From Patescibacteria group bacterium (GTDB lineage: Bacteria > Patescibacteriota > Patescibacteriia > XYB2-FULL-38-15): DNA of 64,000 bases. The DNA lies in assembly GCA_041653675.1 (NCBI GenBank), contig JBAZEY010000004.1, forward strand, positions 1,105 through 65,104, given 5' to 3'. Below the pieces are notes generated by a model. That model worked only from the letters and a program-made list of their open reading frames with translations. It did not search any database and had not been told where the DNA came from. Of the stretch, positions 30,001 to 38,153 are shown one piece after another (position 1 is the first letter of the stretch; each line of letters opens with the position of its first letter). The position numbers and the translations under genes were made by a program.

Positions 30001-32975
30001 TTAAATTGCCAAATATAATCGCCACCTTCCACTCCATCTCGGTCGCCATCCAAGAAAAATCCCCCATCCGGACAACCGGCGCCTCCAAGACAGCTTTCTA
30101 TTCCTGTGCCGGCAACCGCGTCACTTTTCAAAGTCACCTGATACCAAGTATTTTGCGTCCACTTTCTTCCTACCGGCAACAACTTAAGTTCAAAACCATC
30201 TTGATGGTCATCAATGTCACTAAATCTAACACTGCTGCCAGTAACCTCTGCTTTCGTCGTACAGGTTTGATCAGAACAGCTTTCAACTAAAATATTTGAT
30301 GTATTTACTGATGCTGGATTTATTTTTGTCGTGAAGCGCGCCGTTATTGTGGCGTTAACACAAACTCTCTCTCCTCCATCTCTGCCAGACCATGGTGAAG
30401 GTGAAGCCGGCCCCGGCGGTGGGGGATTGCTGCAGCTTTCTACCACTTGCGGATAAATCGGAAGTTGGCCAGTGGAAAATTGCCAGAAATAATACCCTTT
30501 ACCCGCGGCCGCAGCGCACGCTACGGCGCAACTGCCATCACGGCAACATTGCTGGCCGGAAGAACAAGTGGCGCCCGTGCGACAATCTTGAACTATAAAA
30601 TTAACACTATTTCCCGTTGCTCCCCCAGAAGTAACATTAACCGGACCGGTTTGGGTTCCGGTCGGAACAGGCGTAGAAATTTGTATGCCGTCAGTTGGAG
30701 TAACAGTCGCAGGAGTTGACCGATAAAAATTAACTAAAGCCGACGCGCCAAAGCGCTCGCCATCAATTCTCACCGGCAAATCAATCGGTCCATTGTCCGG
30801 AGTAATTTTACAAATTCCCGGACCGGCCGTTCCAGAATCAACCGTAAAATCCGATGTTGTTAAATCGCTTGTATCATCAGACTGGCCACCCGCGGTTCCA
30901 GCAGTCGTAATTTTTATAACATCTGTAACCGCGCCGGTCGGAACTTTTACAATAATTTGATCGTTTTTCCACCAATCAGCTCCGCAAGCCGCAGGAAAAT
31001 CTGTCGCGGCCAAAAGATCCGCGCCGCCGATATCTTTAAAAAATACTTGGCCGGTTTCATTGAGAAAATTGGCGCCAAAAATTGTCACGTACTCGCCTAT
31101 TGGCCCATGCGTCGGAGAAAAACTTAAAATTCTTGGCGCTTCGGCCGTGGCGACAACTTGGAAATTAATTGGATTGCTGTTTTCACCGCCAACCACGACT
31201 TGTACTGGAACCGTAGCCGGAGCGATTAAAGGTACAACCGCGCCAATGCTCGTGGGAGTCCAGAGACTAACTCGTTCTGCTCGTGTTCCGCCAAAAATTA
31301 TTTCACTTGTTCCTTGTGTCGCGCCAAATTGAGTGCCAGCAACAACTACTTCAATTCTCGGCTCGCCATTATCCGGCGTAATTGAACAAATTCCCGGCCG
31401 GCTTGTATCATTTATATCAAAATTTGGCAAAACCGGACCGCGCTCATCATCAGTTTGATCGGTATAGTCAGCTGCGGTCGCGCCGGTTGGCGGAGGCACC
31501 ACAACTTTTACCGGACCATCAGTCGCGCCAGCAGGAACAACCGCGATAATCTGATTATTTTGCCAAGTAGCTGAAGCAGGACAAGCCGGCGTTCCAGATA
31601 AAACATTATTAAAATAAACTTGGCCGGAAATATCTCCAAATCCTTGGCCAAAAATTGTCACGTAATTTCCTACTGCTCCATCGTTTGGCGAAACGGCAGT
31701 AATTTCTGGTAGAGTTCGGCAAACTCCGCCAATACATGATCCTCCGCGGCAATCTGTTCCGCTCGTGCAAGATCCTCCGTCGCAAGTTCCGCAATCCGCG
31801 CCACCACAATCAATATCTGTTTCATCCGCGTCCTGTCGCCCGTTAAAACAATGCGCCGCCCGGACAATTACGTCCACGCCGCCAGAAGTAGTATTATTGG
31901 AATCAATATCAAAAGCTTTCGTCGTCAAAGTATGTCTTGATCCAGCCGTAACGCCAGTTGTATCCCAATCAAAAATTGATGAATAGTCACGCGGCGTTGG
32001 ACCAGAGGGTGCATCAGTTCCAAGCGTTCCGCCATTTGAAAAATATTCCAAATAAGAAATTCCCGCGTCGTCTGTCGCGTGCGCCTCAATCGAAACTATC
32101 GCGTCAGCCGAAACAGAAGCGCCCGGATTGGGAGAAGTGATTCTTACTTCCGGCCCGGTCACGTCAACTAAATTTCCTGTTGTAAAATTGGCCGTACAAT
32201 TTGGCGCGAGTCCGCCACAAACTAAAAATTTTCCATCAGTACTTCGGAGACCGGTTGCCGCTTCCACCGTAAATTCCGTGTCCGCGTCAAAACATTTTCT
32301 GTCAACGTTCGGTGCCGGACAATTGGCACTCGGAACGAATTCCACGACCGTTCCGGAAGCGCTCGCTGTTCCGTCCACTAAACTTCCGTCAGCCGTCACG
32401 GTTAAATTTCCCGCTAAAGTTGTCGCGTCAACATTTTTGTTAAAAACAACGCGCACGACAACATTTCGAATTGGTATAGCGCCATTCGGCTGAATTCCGC
32501 GGACAACAAATGAATCAGACGGCAAACCACCGCCACCGCCTCCTCCACCACCGCCACCGCCTCCTCCACCACCGCCACCGCCTCCTCCACCACCGGTAAT
32601 GCCCGTCGCTTCCATTAATCTATTCATAACATACTGGGTGATGCCAAAAGAGAAAATAATAATAATCAAACCTATCAAAGCATTAACCAGAATTTTTTTG
32701 GCCTGCGATATCCGCTCCTCATTGCCGCCAGCCGTCATCCAAACAAAACCGCCGTAAATTACAATGGCTACGGCGACAATCCCCAAAAATCCGAGCGCTA
32801 CACGAATAATTTGCGCCGCGACCACTCGCGGATCTTCCGTCGGTAGAGCAATTTCATTTCCCACTTCATTCACCCCAAAATCCTGGGCGAAAATAGTTGT
32901 AGCAAACAAAAACGCACCCGTAATCAAAAACAGGGAAAAAAGAAATTTTAAAATTTTCTTCTCGTGTGGTTTCAT
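24063..32975 (-). CDS. Giant (2970 aa) Cys-rich cell-surface protein with N-terminal VirB2/TrbC-pilin-like double-TM domain and poly-Gly linker
   Basis: After the signal peptide (cleavage ...TIFAQ-D), LGFLGIVAVAIVIYGGFVWMTAGGNEE ... LIGLIIIIFSFGITQYVMNRL ... TGGGG parallels Ti VirB2 and RP4 TrbC. A run of about 24 Gly follows. Several CGNGxxExGEDCDDGNxxxGDGC repeats; beta-rich extracellular modules. Confidence 0.85.
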   Translation of the reverse strand: MKPHEKKILKFLFSLFLITGAFLFATTIFAQDFGVNEVGNEIALPTEDPRVVAAQIIRVALGFLGIVAVAIVIYGGFVWMTAGGNEERISQAKKILVNALIGLIIIIFSFGITQYVMNRLMEATGITGGGGGGGGGGGGGGGGGGGGGGGLPSDSFVVRGIQPNGAIPIRNVVVRVVFNKNVDATTLAGNLTVTADGSLVDGTASASGTVVEFVPSANCPAPNVDRKCFDADTEFTVEAATGLRSTDGKFLVCGGLAPNCTANFTTGNLVDVTGPEVRITSPNPGASVSADAIVSIEAHATDDAGISYLEYFSNGGTLGTDAPSGPTPRDYSSIFDWDTTGVTAGSRHTLTTKAFDIDSNNTTSGGVDVIVRAAHCFNGRQDADETDIDCGGADCGTCDGGSCTSGTDCRGGSCIGGVCRTLPEITAVSPNDGAVGNYVTIFGQGFGDISGQVYFNNVLSGTPACPASATWQNNQIIAVVPAGATDGPVKVVVPPPTGATAADYTDQTDDERGPVLPNFDINDTSRPGICSITPDNGEPRIEVVVAGTQFGATQGTSEIIFGGTRAERVSLWTPTSIGAVVPLIAPATVPVQVVVGGENSNPINFQVVATAEAPRILSFSPTHGPIGEYVTIFGANFLNETGQVFFKDIGGADLLAATDFPAACGADWWKNDQIIVKVPTGAVTDVIKITTAGTAGGQSDDTSDLTTSDFTVDSGTAGPGICKITPDNGPIDLPVRIDGERFGASALVNFYRSTPATVTPTDGIQISTPVPTGTQTGPVNVTSGGATGNSVNFIVQDCRTGATCSSGQQCCRDGSCAVACAAAAGKGYYFWQFSTGQLPIYPQVVESCSNPPPPGPASPSPWSGRDGGERVCVNATITARFTTKINPASVNTSNILVESCSDQTCTTKAEVTGSSVRFSDIDDHQDGFELKLLPVGRKWTQNTWYQVTLKSDAVAGTGIESCLGGAGCPDGGFFLDGDRDGVEGGDYIWQFKTRDSDETCDIGLVGVSPYERTLVSIGATQNYDSLCYAAGDVCITIDCSAYSPWRWTSSDISKATVAGSITPSEVATARAETEVGLPVRITGGIPSESKFGSGNLTINFTDPRVENAWPNCSDACANAEVGAEFNTNMNQASVESAANVNLYIWKCGNGVIEPGEDCDDGNATAGDGCSATCLNEGSNALYGSYCGNDRRETGEDCDGVPFPERCNRTTCLNIGSDGAAAVCGNGLVEEGEDCDGSPFPANCNATTCLNEGTRALEEVSLAGTSYDSVAKKMVIEPLVLFTPNTYYRAVISDRVTSTSGVHLTDLNYPAGDPAAFSAYSWTFKTKDDASPCAVDRVAVDPQNAILNFIGATQNYSSTPFSEPDLCSPNGQQLGAMDYNWGWASADPGVATITNDNNYPSCGNGVKEFGEDCDDGNTATLDGCNATCLNEGSNARYDSTCGNGIIQIGEDCDDGNTRSGDGCNNICQHEGSVAGGGVCGNRAKERGEDCDDGNAPGPGCSDTCLNEGTVTDARIDPYQTAEAIDLATEDVAAGVNSSTTEISAATEGKSDSGDLTLRCGGQDCSAIRLSCISTSNICSGTTSQSCTTDADCELGVGRNTCCYFKPKVTNCDPTRDGAVGCDSGAVEVCRNARISVTFDDVMETASVTGNILVVGNYGGTCPDGTVQLALWTGEGKSGWQFFEKIKKWLPPPIARILVKPINKIENDLKIFSQVKDFVNKFGQSLLGEPASAAPGSPWCVWPGTASSVVVNKGGNLVTEVSFSPTKAFDSDNDYRVLILGDNSTTPEIEGIRNSKGVALGGGSLSGEYPAAYSGREIYEWSFKTGGDICALSQVTFTPEVHVFTQSGETHNFSAIPRDTRGRAISSLPGVYAWQWEDWVSNDPTVVSLNPEGACSNESTAICHSASDCRDGGVCELNASQEAKAENKNGEARILVSARITADTILSPRTVGRVLGSGADAIVFLCENPWPDRFGVTGEGLADETYNFETYYCQDRGELGFSDDLPTVSDPPIVNNPPEPPGSSDFLLREYFLFVQGSYCTLSKLPCNTENPCAPEGGSCQSSPDAIGIRIYTNENHLALSDWYTAQGFRPASPSGKTVDQYQAVEDGRTIYVSAANQPALIGGSSSGPDIYTNVYLISYNEDASQDTIDIYNQLVENWNFNINLENNKVCKRGAATVTDEDDQAIPCSADLDCPQTPTQSLCDAPKDKLARDVKRLSDLDKIKAEVERYMMTRGYPPKLEAGSYVRGISTSKWDSWAVLGQELGGGLPQDPVNKFQGCVDPYNPDTCWNTSAESYHCPDLSHIYQYRYESATGFYNIGGDLEHKLTNSSGAIILPSWSWFRDAIPAYIKYENVCDGTTFSVGGVCGDGILNVDNPATPENEAEECEPSLLNTCSSDPTSFCRSDLDCVATGGTCRTSEQSCGSGTGRQSRTCNLATCRWNDWGSCLPTCGNGIIDTGEACDRGPGGGRIPGGGTLPTNEYQCSTVCRMSGGYCGDGILQSGFGERCDDEGLNGNYGKICDNDRSSCRVDSDCPGSTCRPICAAGCVGSAPFCGNTVTDGREECDRNLLSGRGVCVPVDEHLSPASPILSDDFNVVCESNSDCAEPEEECLLCSPEAGTGYPRVRTLECEVSGDVRQCQWRDEGWGVCTVTGECGNGTVEGGEQCDDANDVDTDACVDCQNSSCGDGFTRAGIETCDSGEDVNGTPCTAPYGSTCNYCSRECTLRTASGPTCGDGTVSGAEQCDSRLPAYPASWICVDTSNPWGKPQDLTTPTSPGCSPSSCAITCATGRACDNRKYESTGTCSATASRICRVTGDCPAGETCRLRYSPDTDSDEIIDACDPNDDSGTDGCMDDATDCATISLHVSSNNAADVFEVYIDGHKVGITNASICAAPGGGLTPDCRRDLVISTLSRGLHNFRIVYNGTTGAGRYNLSTGTGSALVWSLSASEGELFRGSDMTTVGQERSGEFTVR
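32528..32596. repeat. Perfect 3x tandem 21-nt repeat encoding the poly-Gly linker
   Basis: The unit gccaccgcctcctccaccacc occurs three times on the plus strand, in frame (7 Gly per unit). Confidence 0.7.
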
Positions 32976-33034
32976 AATCCGGCCACACTAATATTTATTG
33001 CGAACTTAAAACGTTTTTGTCTTTTACTCTAATT

Positions 33035-34075
33035 CTATTTTAACGTGAATGTCTGAATAATCTGTCTCGCTTCATTTAAAATATCTTCATATTTCTGATC
33101 CTCCAAACCGGGCCTGCCAGCATAATCACCACCGCTTGTGTAATAAAAGGCCCACAGGTTGCTGTCTTTAATAAAAGTCTGCGGATAATCCACAACATAT
33201 GGATCATTTTTATCTTCAATTCTTACAATATTTATTTGCACGTAACGTCCATTGTCATTTTCTGAGGTTAGACGGAATGCTCTTATCTTAGAGTACCCAG
33301 GATCTGCCACCTGCTCTGCTTTTATTTTCCCCCAAGAAGCTGGAAATGTCAGAGAAAAACCATATGCACTATTTGTATAGGTCGTAGGGGCCGCAGGTGT
33401 TGAAAAATACAAAGCTACATCTGTCAATGTATCTTCGCACAAATTTAACGCGGCCACTTTTGCTGTGTAATCCGGTTCTTCCGGTTCCGGCGCGGCGCCA
33501 CCGCCACACCCGCCTTCCCAAAGTAATTTATCAGAATATGCGTGCAACGGACCAAACCCACCGACGTTACAGAAAGCAGTATTGTCATTACTAAAACCAA
33601 CAAATTTTTCGTTGGTCCAATTGTTGTAATTAGGGGTGACGACTAAAGTTAGGCCGTTTAAATTTAAAGTTTTTCGACTGCCGGTATTTGCTTGATCGAT
33701 AAAACTATTAAACTCCTGATTACTGCACTTTACTCCAACCAGCACGCTTGTATTTTCTTTATAAAGAGACCAATTTTCAACCTGGTCTACAATGGGAGCA
33801 ACACATTTTCCTTTATCGCAAACAAAATCCCCCAAACATGGCTCCGCCACGCTGCACTCCGGAGATTCTAACCGCGCTGTTAAATCGTCTATCTGCTGTT
33901 GCAGTGATTGCTTCGCGTTCGTTAAATTTTCCTGTGCAGTTTGCAATTGCATTGCCTGCCAAAAGTAAACTCCACCACCGACAATAAGGGCTGTGAGAAC
34001 CACGGAAATTAAAACCGTAGCAATGGTGGGAAATTTTTTAGGACTTACTGGCTGCGTGATTGGTTGGTTTTCCAT
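33035..34075 (-). CDS. Membrane-anchored hypothetical protein (N-terminal TM, coiled coil, Cys-containing ectodomain)
   Basis: TM segment IATVLISVVLTALIVGGGVYFW; coiled coil QENLTNAKQSLQQQIDDLTARL; CxxxxC pairs follow. Confidence 0.6.
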   Translation of the reverse strand: MENQPITQPVSPKKFPTIATVLISVVLTALIVGGGVYFWQAMQLQTAQENLTNAKQSLQQQIDDLTARLESPECSVAEPCLGDFVCDKGKCVAPIVDQVENWSLYKENTSVLVGVKCSNQEFNSFIDQANTGSRKTLNLNGLTLVVTPNYNNWTNEKFVGFSNDNTAFCNVGGFGPLHAYSDKLLWEGGCGGGAAPEPEEPDYTAKVAALNLCEDTLTDVALYFSTPAAPTTYTNSAYGFSLTFPASWGKIKAEQVADPGYSKIRAFRLTSENDNGRYVQINIVRIEDKNDPYVVDYPQTFIKDSNLWAFYYTSGGDYAGRPGLEDQKYEDILNEARQIIQTFTLK

Positions 34076-34103
34076 AAAGTTTTTAAATTACTAAATTTTA
34101 AAT

Positions 34104-35963
34104 TTATTCTATCGGCCACGTGCAACCCGCGCCGACGGGATCAGTGCAACTTGTTCCAGCAGCTGGCCCAACTGGTTCATAAAAACAATTTTGATAAATA
34201 TCTTTAATTCTATGCGTCGCCCGCGGAAAATATCTTACGAGATTCTCGTCAACCGCCGCGCCATCAGCGCAAGTCGGCGCCGGAGCAGGCGCTTCAGTGC
34301 TCTCAATAAACTCCCCATGATAAATTATTGCTTTATGTTTTACCGGCGTTCCTCCGCGCGGTGTGGGCACGCCAAGGGCGTCTGTCCCCTCCCCTCCCAA
34401 AGTAAACCAAACGGCGCAAGCGTCGCGTTCGTTATCATCTAAAATTATATTTTCTGAAGAAAAACTAGTCACACTCATTGGTTTACTAAATCTAAATTCA
34501 ACCGGCGCGTCGAGCGCTACATCACTTCCACTCGCCGCTGGTAGGAGAGTTTCAATTCTCGGCGGAATTAAATCAATTGTATTATTGGTAGCAAAATCCC
34601 AAGCATAATTATCGGTTGGCGGACCTTCGGCCACGTCATCTCCGTCTCCGTCTAAAGAATTTCCTACCACGTCAGTCGCACCAGTGTAAGGCATTTCTGC
34701 TTCTGGCGGAGTTGTACCTAGACGCGCGGCTTTTACATTCACGGAAATATCAGCATCAGCGGGCAAACAAAAAACATCACCGCCGCAGGAATTTGTCCCA
34801 CATCGAAAATCGGTTGTAAATTCTATAGTTTTATATTGATTGCCAATCGCCCAAGTTCCAGCAACGGGTCCGGGAACCGGCACACCGTCGGCCAAAACTT
34901 CAATTTTATCAAAACCTTCCGCCGTTTTGCCGGCCACGGTTGTCGGATCCATGGCTTCGTCAAAATTTACTTGAACTAAAATATTTCTGGCGTTTGTCGT
35001 TGCGTCTCCCGGAATTACGCTTTCCACTTCTGGCGGCGTAACATCAACAAAAGTGCTCACTTCAAAATCCCAGGCATAACCATCACTAAACGCGCCAGTA
35101 AAGGCGTCTCCTCCGTCGGCCTTTTTCAAACCAGGCTTTAACGCCACCGTATACCAAATATTTTCCGATGGACTCCCTAAAAGTTCCGCCGGATCAAAGG
35201 TGAAATTTTTTAAATCAGTCGTGAAACCAACCCTTGCCTCGCCCGGCTCCAAATAATTGATCACGCCACCCGCACCGGTTTCTCCCTGGAGGGATTGATA
35301 AATTCTAATATTTTCGCTCTTTATCGGTAAAACCGTTGCCGGAGTGACGGCCACGCCTCCGAGTGTATCATCTCCAGGATTGGCCGGATCGTTAATCTCA
35401 TAACCTTCAATAATTGTATCCAGCGCCATTGGCTCTTTGAAAGTGATAATAACTTTTGTATTTCGGGCAATGCCCGTGCCGCCGCGTGGTGGATAATGGC
35501 TTTCAATAATACTATTGCCAAGTGCGCCGGAGTAGCGGCCAACCGCCGGCGGTCCGCCTCCTCCGCCGCCCGCGCCTCCTCCGCCGCCCAAGGCGCTAAT
35601 CAACGTATTTAATACATATTGTGTAATTCCAAACGCCATCAAAATAATCACTAAACCAATCAAGCCATTTGTTAAAATTTTCTTGGCGGTGGCAATTTTT
35701 TCTTCATTCCCGGCTGAAGTCATCCAAACAAAACCGCCGTAGAGCACAATGCCCAGCGCGACAACTCCCAAAAATCCGAGTACAACTCGGATGATTCTCG
35801 CGGCAATCACGCGCGGGTCGCCATCAACCAGAGCAATCTCATTTCCCACTTCGTTTAATCCAAAATTCTGAGCCAAAGCAATTTGGACAAACAAAAGACT
35901 GGCCGTGATAACGGTCAACCCCATTAAAATCTTTAACGCCCTTTTAACTTGCATGTGCGGCAA
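34104..35963 (-). CDS. 619-aa paralog with VirB2/TrbC-pilin-like N-terminal domain, poly-Gly linker and extracellular beta-rich region
   Basis: AQNFGLNEVGNEIALVDGDPRVIAARIIRVVLGFLGVVALGIVLYGGFVWMTSAGNEEKIATAKKILTNGLIGLVIILMAFGITQYVLN is nearly colinear with the N-terminus of the 2970-aa protein; GGGGGAGGGGGGPP linker follows. Confidence 0.8.
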   Translation of the reverse strand: MPHMQVKRALKILMGLTVITASLLFVQIALAQNFGLNEVGNEIALVDGDPRVIAARIIRVVLGFLGVVALGIVLYGGFVWMTSAGNEEKIATAKKILTNGLIGLVIILMAFGITQYVLNTLISALGGGGGAGGGGGGPPAVGRYSGALGNSIIESHYPPRGGTGIARNTKVIITFKEPMALDTIIEGYEINDPANPGDDTLGGVAVTPATVLPIKSENIRIYQSLQGETGAGGVINYLEPGEARVGFTTDLKNFTFDPAELLGSPSENIWYTVALKPGLKKADGGDAFTGAFSDGYAWDFEVSTFVDVTPPEVESVIPGDATTNARNILVQVNFDEAMDPTTVAGKTAEGFDKIEVLADGVPVPGPVAGTWAIGNQYKTIEFTTDFRCGTNSCGGDVFCLPADADISVNVKAARLGTTPPEAEMPYTGATDVVGNSLDGDGDDVAEGPPTDNYAWDFATNNTIDLIPPRIETLLPAASGSDVALDAPVEFRFSKPMSVTSFSSENIILDDNERDACAVWFTLGGEGTDALGVPTPRGGTPVKHKAIIYHGEFIESTEAPAPAPTCADGAAVDENLVRYFPRATHRIKDIYQNCFYEPVGPAAGTSCTDPVGAGCTWPIE

Positions 35964-35997
35964 AGTTAAATTTCTAATTTTGCGTTTTTGTTTTTGA

Positions 35998-36462
35998 CTA
36001 TTTTTTATCTAAAAATTCTTTCACCATTTTACTAACCGCGTCTCCCCCGGCCCGACCCCCGGCTGCTTTCATCACAGCGCCCATCACTTTGCCAAAATCT
36101 CCCGGACCGGAAGCGGCAGTTTCTTTAATCTTTTCTTCCACGATTTTTCTTAATTCTGCTTCCGGGAGTTCTGCTGGTAAATATTTGGCCAAAATATCCA
36201 ATTCAGCTTTTTCTTTAGAAACCAAATCAGCTCGGCCGCCTTTTTCATATTCAGAAATCGAGTCTTTATGCTTTTTAACTTCGGAATTAATTACCTTTAT
36301 CACGTCCTCATCGGAAAATTCTTTTCTCCCGCCAGCAATTTCCGCGTTCAAGACCGCGGCCCGAAGCATGGACAAAACCGAAACTACGGCCTCGCTTTTG
36401 CTTTTACGCGCCTCTATAAAATCTTTTTCAATTTGCTCTTTTAAGGTCATGATGGAGAACAA
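35998..36462 (-). CDS. GatB/YqeY domain protein
   Basis: YqeY-family sequence; conserved rpsU-yqeY adjacency. Confidence 0.8.
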   Translation of the reverse strand: MFSIMTLKEQIEKDFIEARKSKSEAVVSVLSMLRAAVLNAEIAGGRKEFSDEDVIKVINSEVKKHKDSISEYEKGGRADLVSKEKAELDILAKYLPAELPEAELRKIVEEKIKETAASGPGDFGKVMGAVMKAAGGRAGGDAVSKMVKEFLDKK

Positions 36463-36464
36463 AT

Positions 36465-36716
36465 TTATCTTCTAAATTTATTTCTCGGTTCAAATTCATC
36501 TTTGAGCTTGCCGATTTTTTTCAAGTATTCGCGCTTTTTCTTAATTTCCTCACGGCGCAATGCCGATGCTTTTTGCAAATTGCGGCTTTTTTCTGATGTA
36601 TGAAATCTGATTTTCTTTGCCTGCAACAATTTTCCGCTTTGCTGAACGCGGCGGCTAAATCTTCTCATCATGCTTTCAAAGGTTTCTCCCCTTTTTCTTT
36701 TTACTTCTTGACCCAT
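36465..36716 (-). CDS. rpsU: 30S ribosomal protein S21
   Basis: ETFESMMRRFSRRVQQSGKLLQAKKIRFHTSEKSR matches the S21 core; basic C-terminal extension. Confidence 0.8.
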   Translation of the reverse strand: MGQEVKRKRGETFESMMRRFSRRVQQSGKLLQAKKIRFHTSEKSRNLQKASALRREEIKKKREYLKKIGKLKDEFEPRNKFRR

Positions 36717-36764
36717 TCTTTCACCTCACTTTCTTAAGATTATATTATTATATGATAAATTATG

Positions 36765-38147
36765 TTATTTGGCTATGCCATTTGTTAATTTCTTTTTCAT
36801 CTCCTGAATAATCTTCACAAAATCCACAATTTCTTGGGAACCGCCCTCCATATCTCGAATAATAATTGTGCCATCGAGCACTTCTTTCTGTCCCAAAATC
36901 AAAGCATATCTTGCGCCAAGTTTATTGGCTATTTCAAGTTGTTTTTTCAAACCTTCCTTTGTTAAACCGTGCGTAATGAAGAATCCGGCTCGACGCAAAT
37001 CTTCAATTAAGGCAAAACTTTTTTTTCTAGCTTGTTCGCCAAGCTGGGCCAAGAAGATATCTGGAACGGTAATCGGCGGAACTTCAATATTATTCTCTTT
37101 TATTTTAACAATTAAACGTTCTGCGCCCAAAGCAACGCCACAAGCAGGAGTCGGCCGCCCACCCAAAACTTCAACTAAATTATCATAGCGCCCTCCCCCG
37201 CCTAAAGCTTCCGGTTTTTGACCAGTTATTTGATTTTCTTCGGAAAAAAATTCAAAAACGGTTTTAGTGTAATAATCCAAACCGCGCACAAGATATGGAT
37301 TTAGATTATATGGAACAGCCGCGTCGTCAAGATATTCTAAAACTCTTACAAAATGATTTTTACAGTCCTCGCAAAGATAATCGACAATTTGCGGCGCTCC
37401 TTCTTTTAATGGCTCGCAGCCCGCTTCCTTACAATCTAAAATGCGAAGAGGATTTTTAACTAACCTTTTTTTGCATTCCTCACAAAGAGAGCTTCGGCGA
37501 TCGCGATAGTAATTTACCAATTTATTTTTATAAGATTCGCGGCACTTAGAACAGCCAATACTGTTTATTTGAACGTTTATTTTTAACCCAAGAGATTGAA
37601 TTAGATTATAAGTTAAAAAAATTATTTCTGCGTCAATGACCGCGTTGCCGTCACCCAGCGCTTCAAAACCAAACTGGTGGAAAGCTCTCTGCCGGCCGGC
37701 TTGCGGGCGTTCATGACGAAACATCGGACCAAAATAAAAAAACTTTACCGGTTGAGGAAGATTTATCATGCCGTGCTGAACATAAGCTCTCGCGATTGAA
37801 GCTGTCGCTTCGGGACGTAAACATACATTTTCTCCGCCGCGATCGATAAACGTAAACATTTCCTTGCCAACAATATCCGTTTCTCCGCCCACCGCTCTGT
37901 TAAACAACGCTGTTTCTTCTAAAATCGGCGTTTCAATAAATTCATAACCATAATTAGCGGAAAAATTTTCCGCTTGTCTTTTAACAAAATGCCAATATTT
38001 ATATTCTCCCGGCAAAAGATCCTTCATCCCGCGGAGTGTTTGAAAAACTCTCGCTTTCTGCGGACCAGCGGCTTTGACTTTTTTCTGCTTTTTGACAATC
38101 ACTCGCGGCTTTTTTGCCTTTTTTTGAATTTTTGCTTTTTTAGGCAT
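36765..38147 (-). CDS. hisS: Histidyl-tRNA synthetase with Lys-rich N-terminal extension
   Basis: Class II motifs and the HisRS-specific GGRYD signature (LGGGGRYDNL). Confidence 0.92.
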   Translation of the reverse strand: MPKKAKIQKKAKKPRVIVKKQKKVKAAGPQKARVFQTLRGMKDLLPGEYKYWHFVKRQAENFSANYGYEFIETPILEETALFNRAVGGETDIVGKEMFTFIDRGGENVCLRPEATASIARAYVQHGMINLPQPVKFFYFGPMFRHERPQAGRQRAFHQFGFEALGDGNAVIDAEIIFLTYNLIQSLGLKINVQINSIGCSKCRESYKNKLVNYYRDRRSSLCEECKKRLVKNPLRILDCKEAGCEPLKEGAPQIVDYLCEDCKNHFVRVLEYLDDAAVPYNLNPYLVRGLDYYTKTVFEFFSEENQITGQKPEALGGGGRYDNLVEVLGGRPTPACGVALGAERLIVKIKENNIEVPPITVPDIFLAQLGEQARKKSFALIEDLRRAGFFITHGLTKEGLKKQLEIANKLGARYALILGQKEVLDGTIIIRDMEGGSQEIVDFVKIIQEMKKKLTNGIAK

Positions 38148-38153
38148 ACTTAA

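Noticed and set aside
24506-32493. Dozens of short ORFs on both strands inside 24063..32975
   Set aside because: They are fully nested in the 2970-aa gene, which has coherent domain and repeat structure in its own frame.
9183-35963. Complete diversity-generating retroelement next to the Avd-like gene
   Set aside because: No reverse transcriptase ORF and no TR/VR direct-repeat pair could be found in the window. Only the Avd-family gene and giant candidate targets are present, so this is kept as a hypothesis only.
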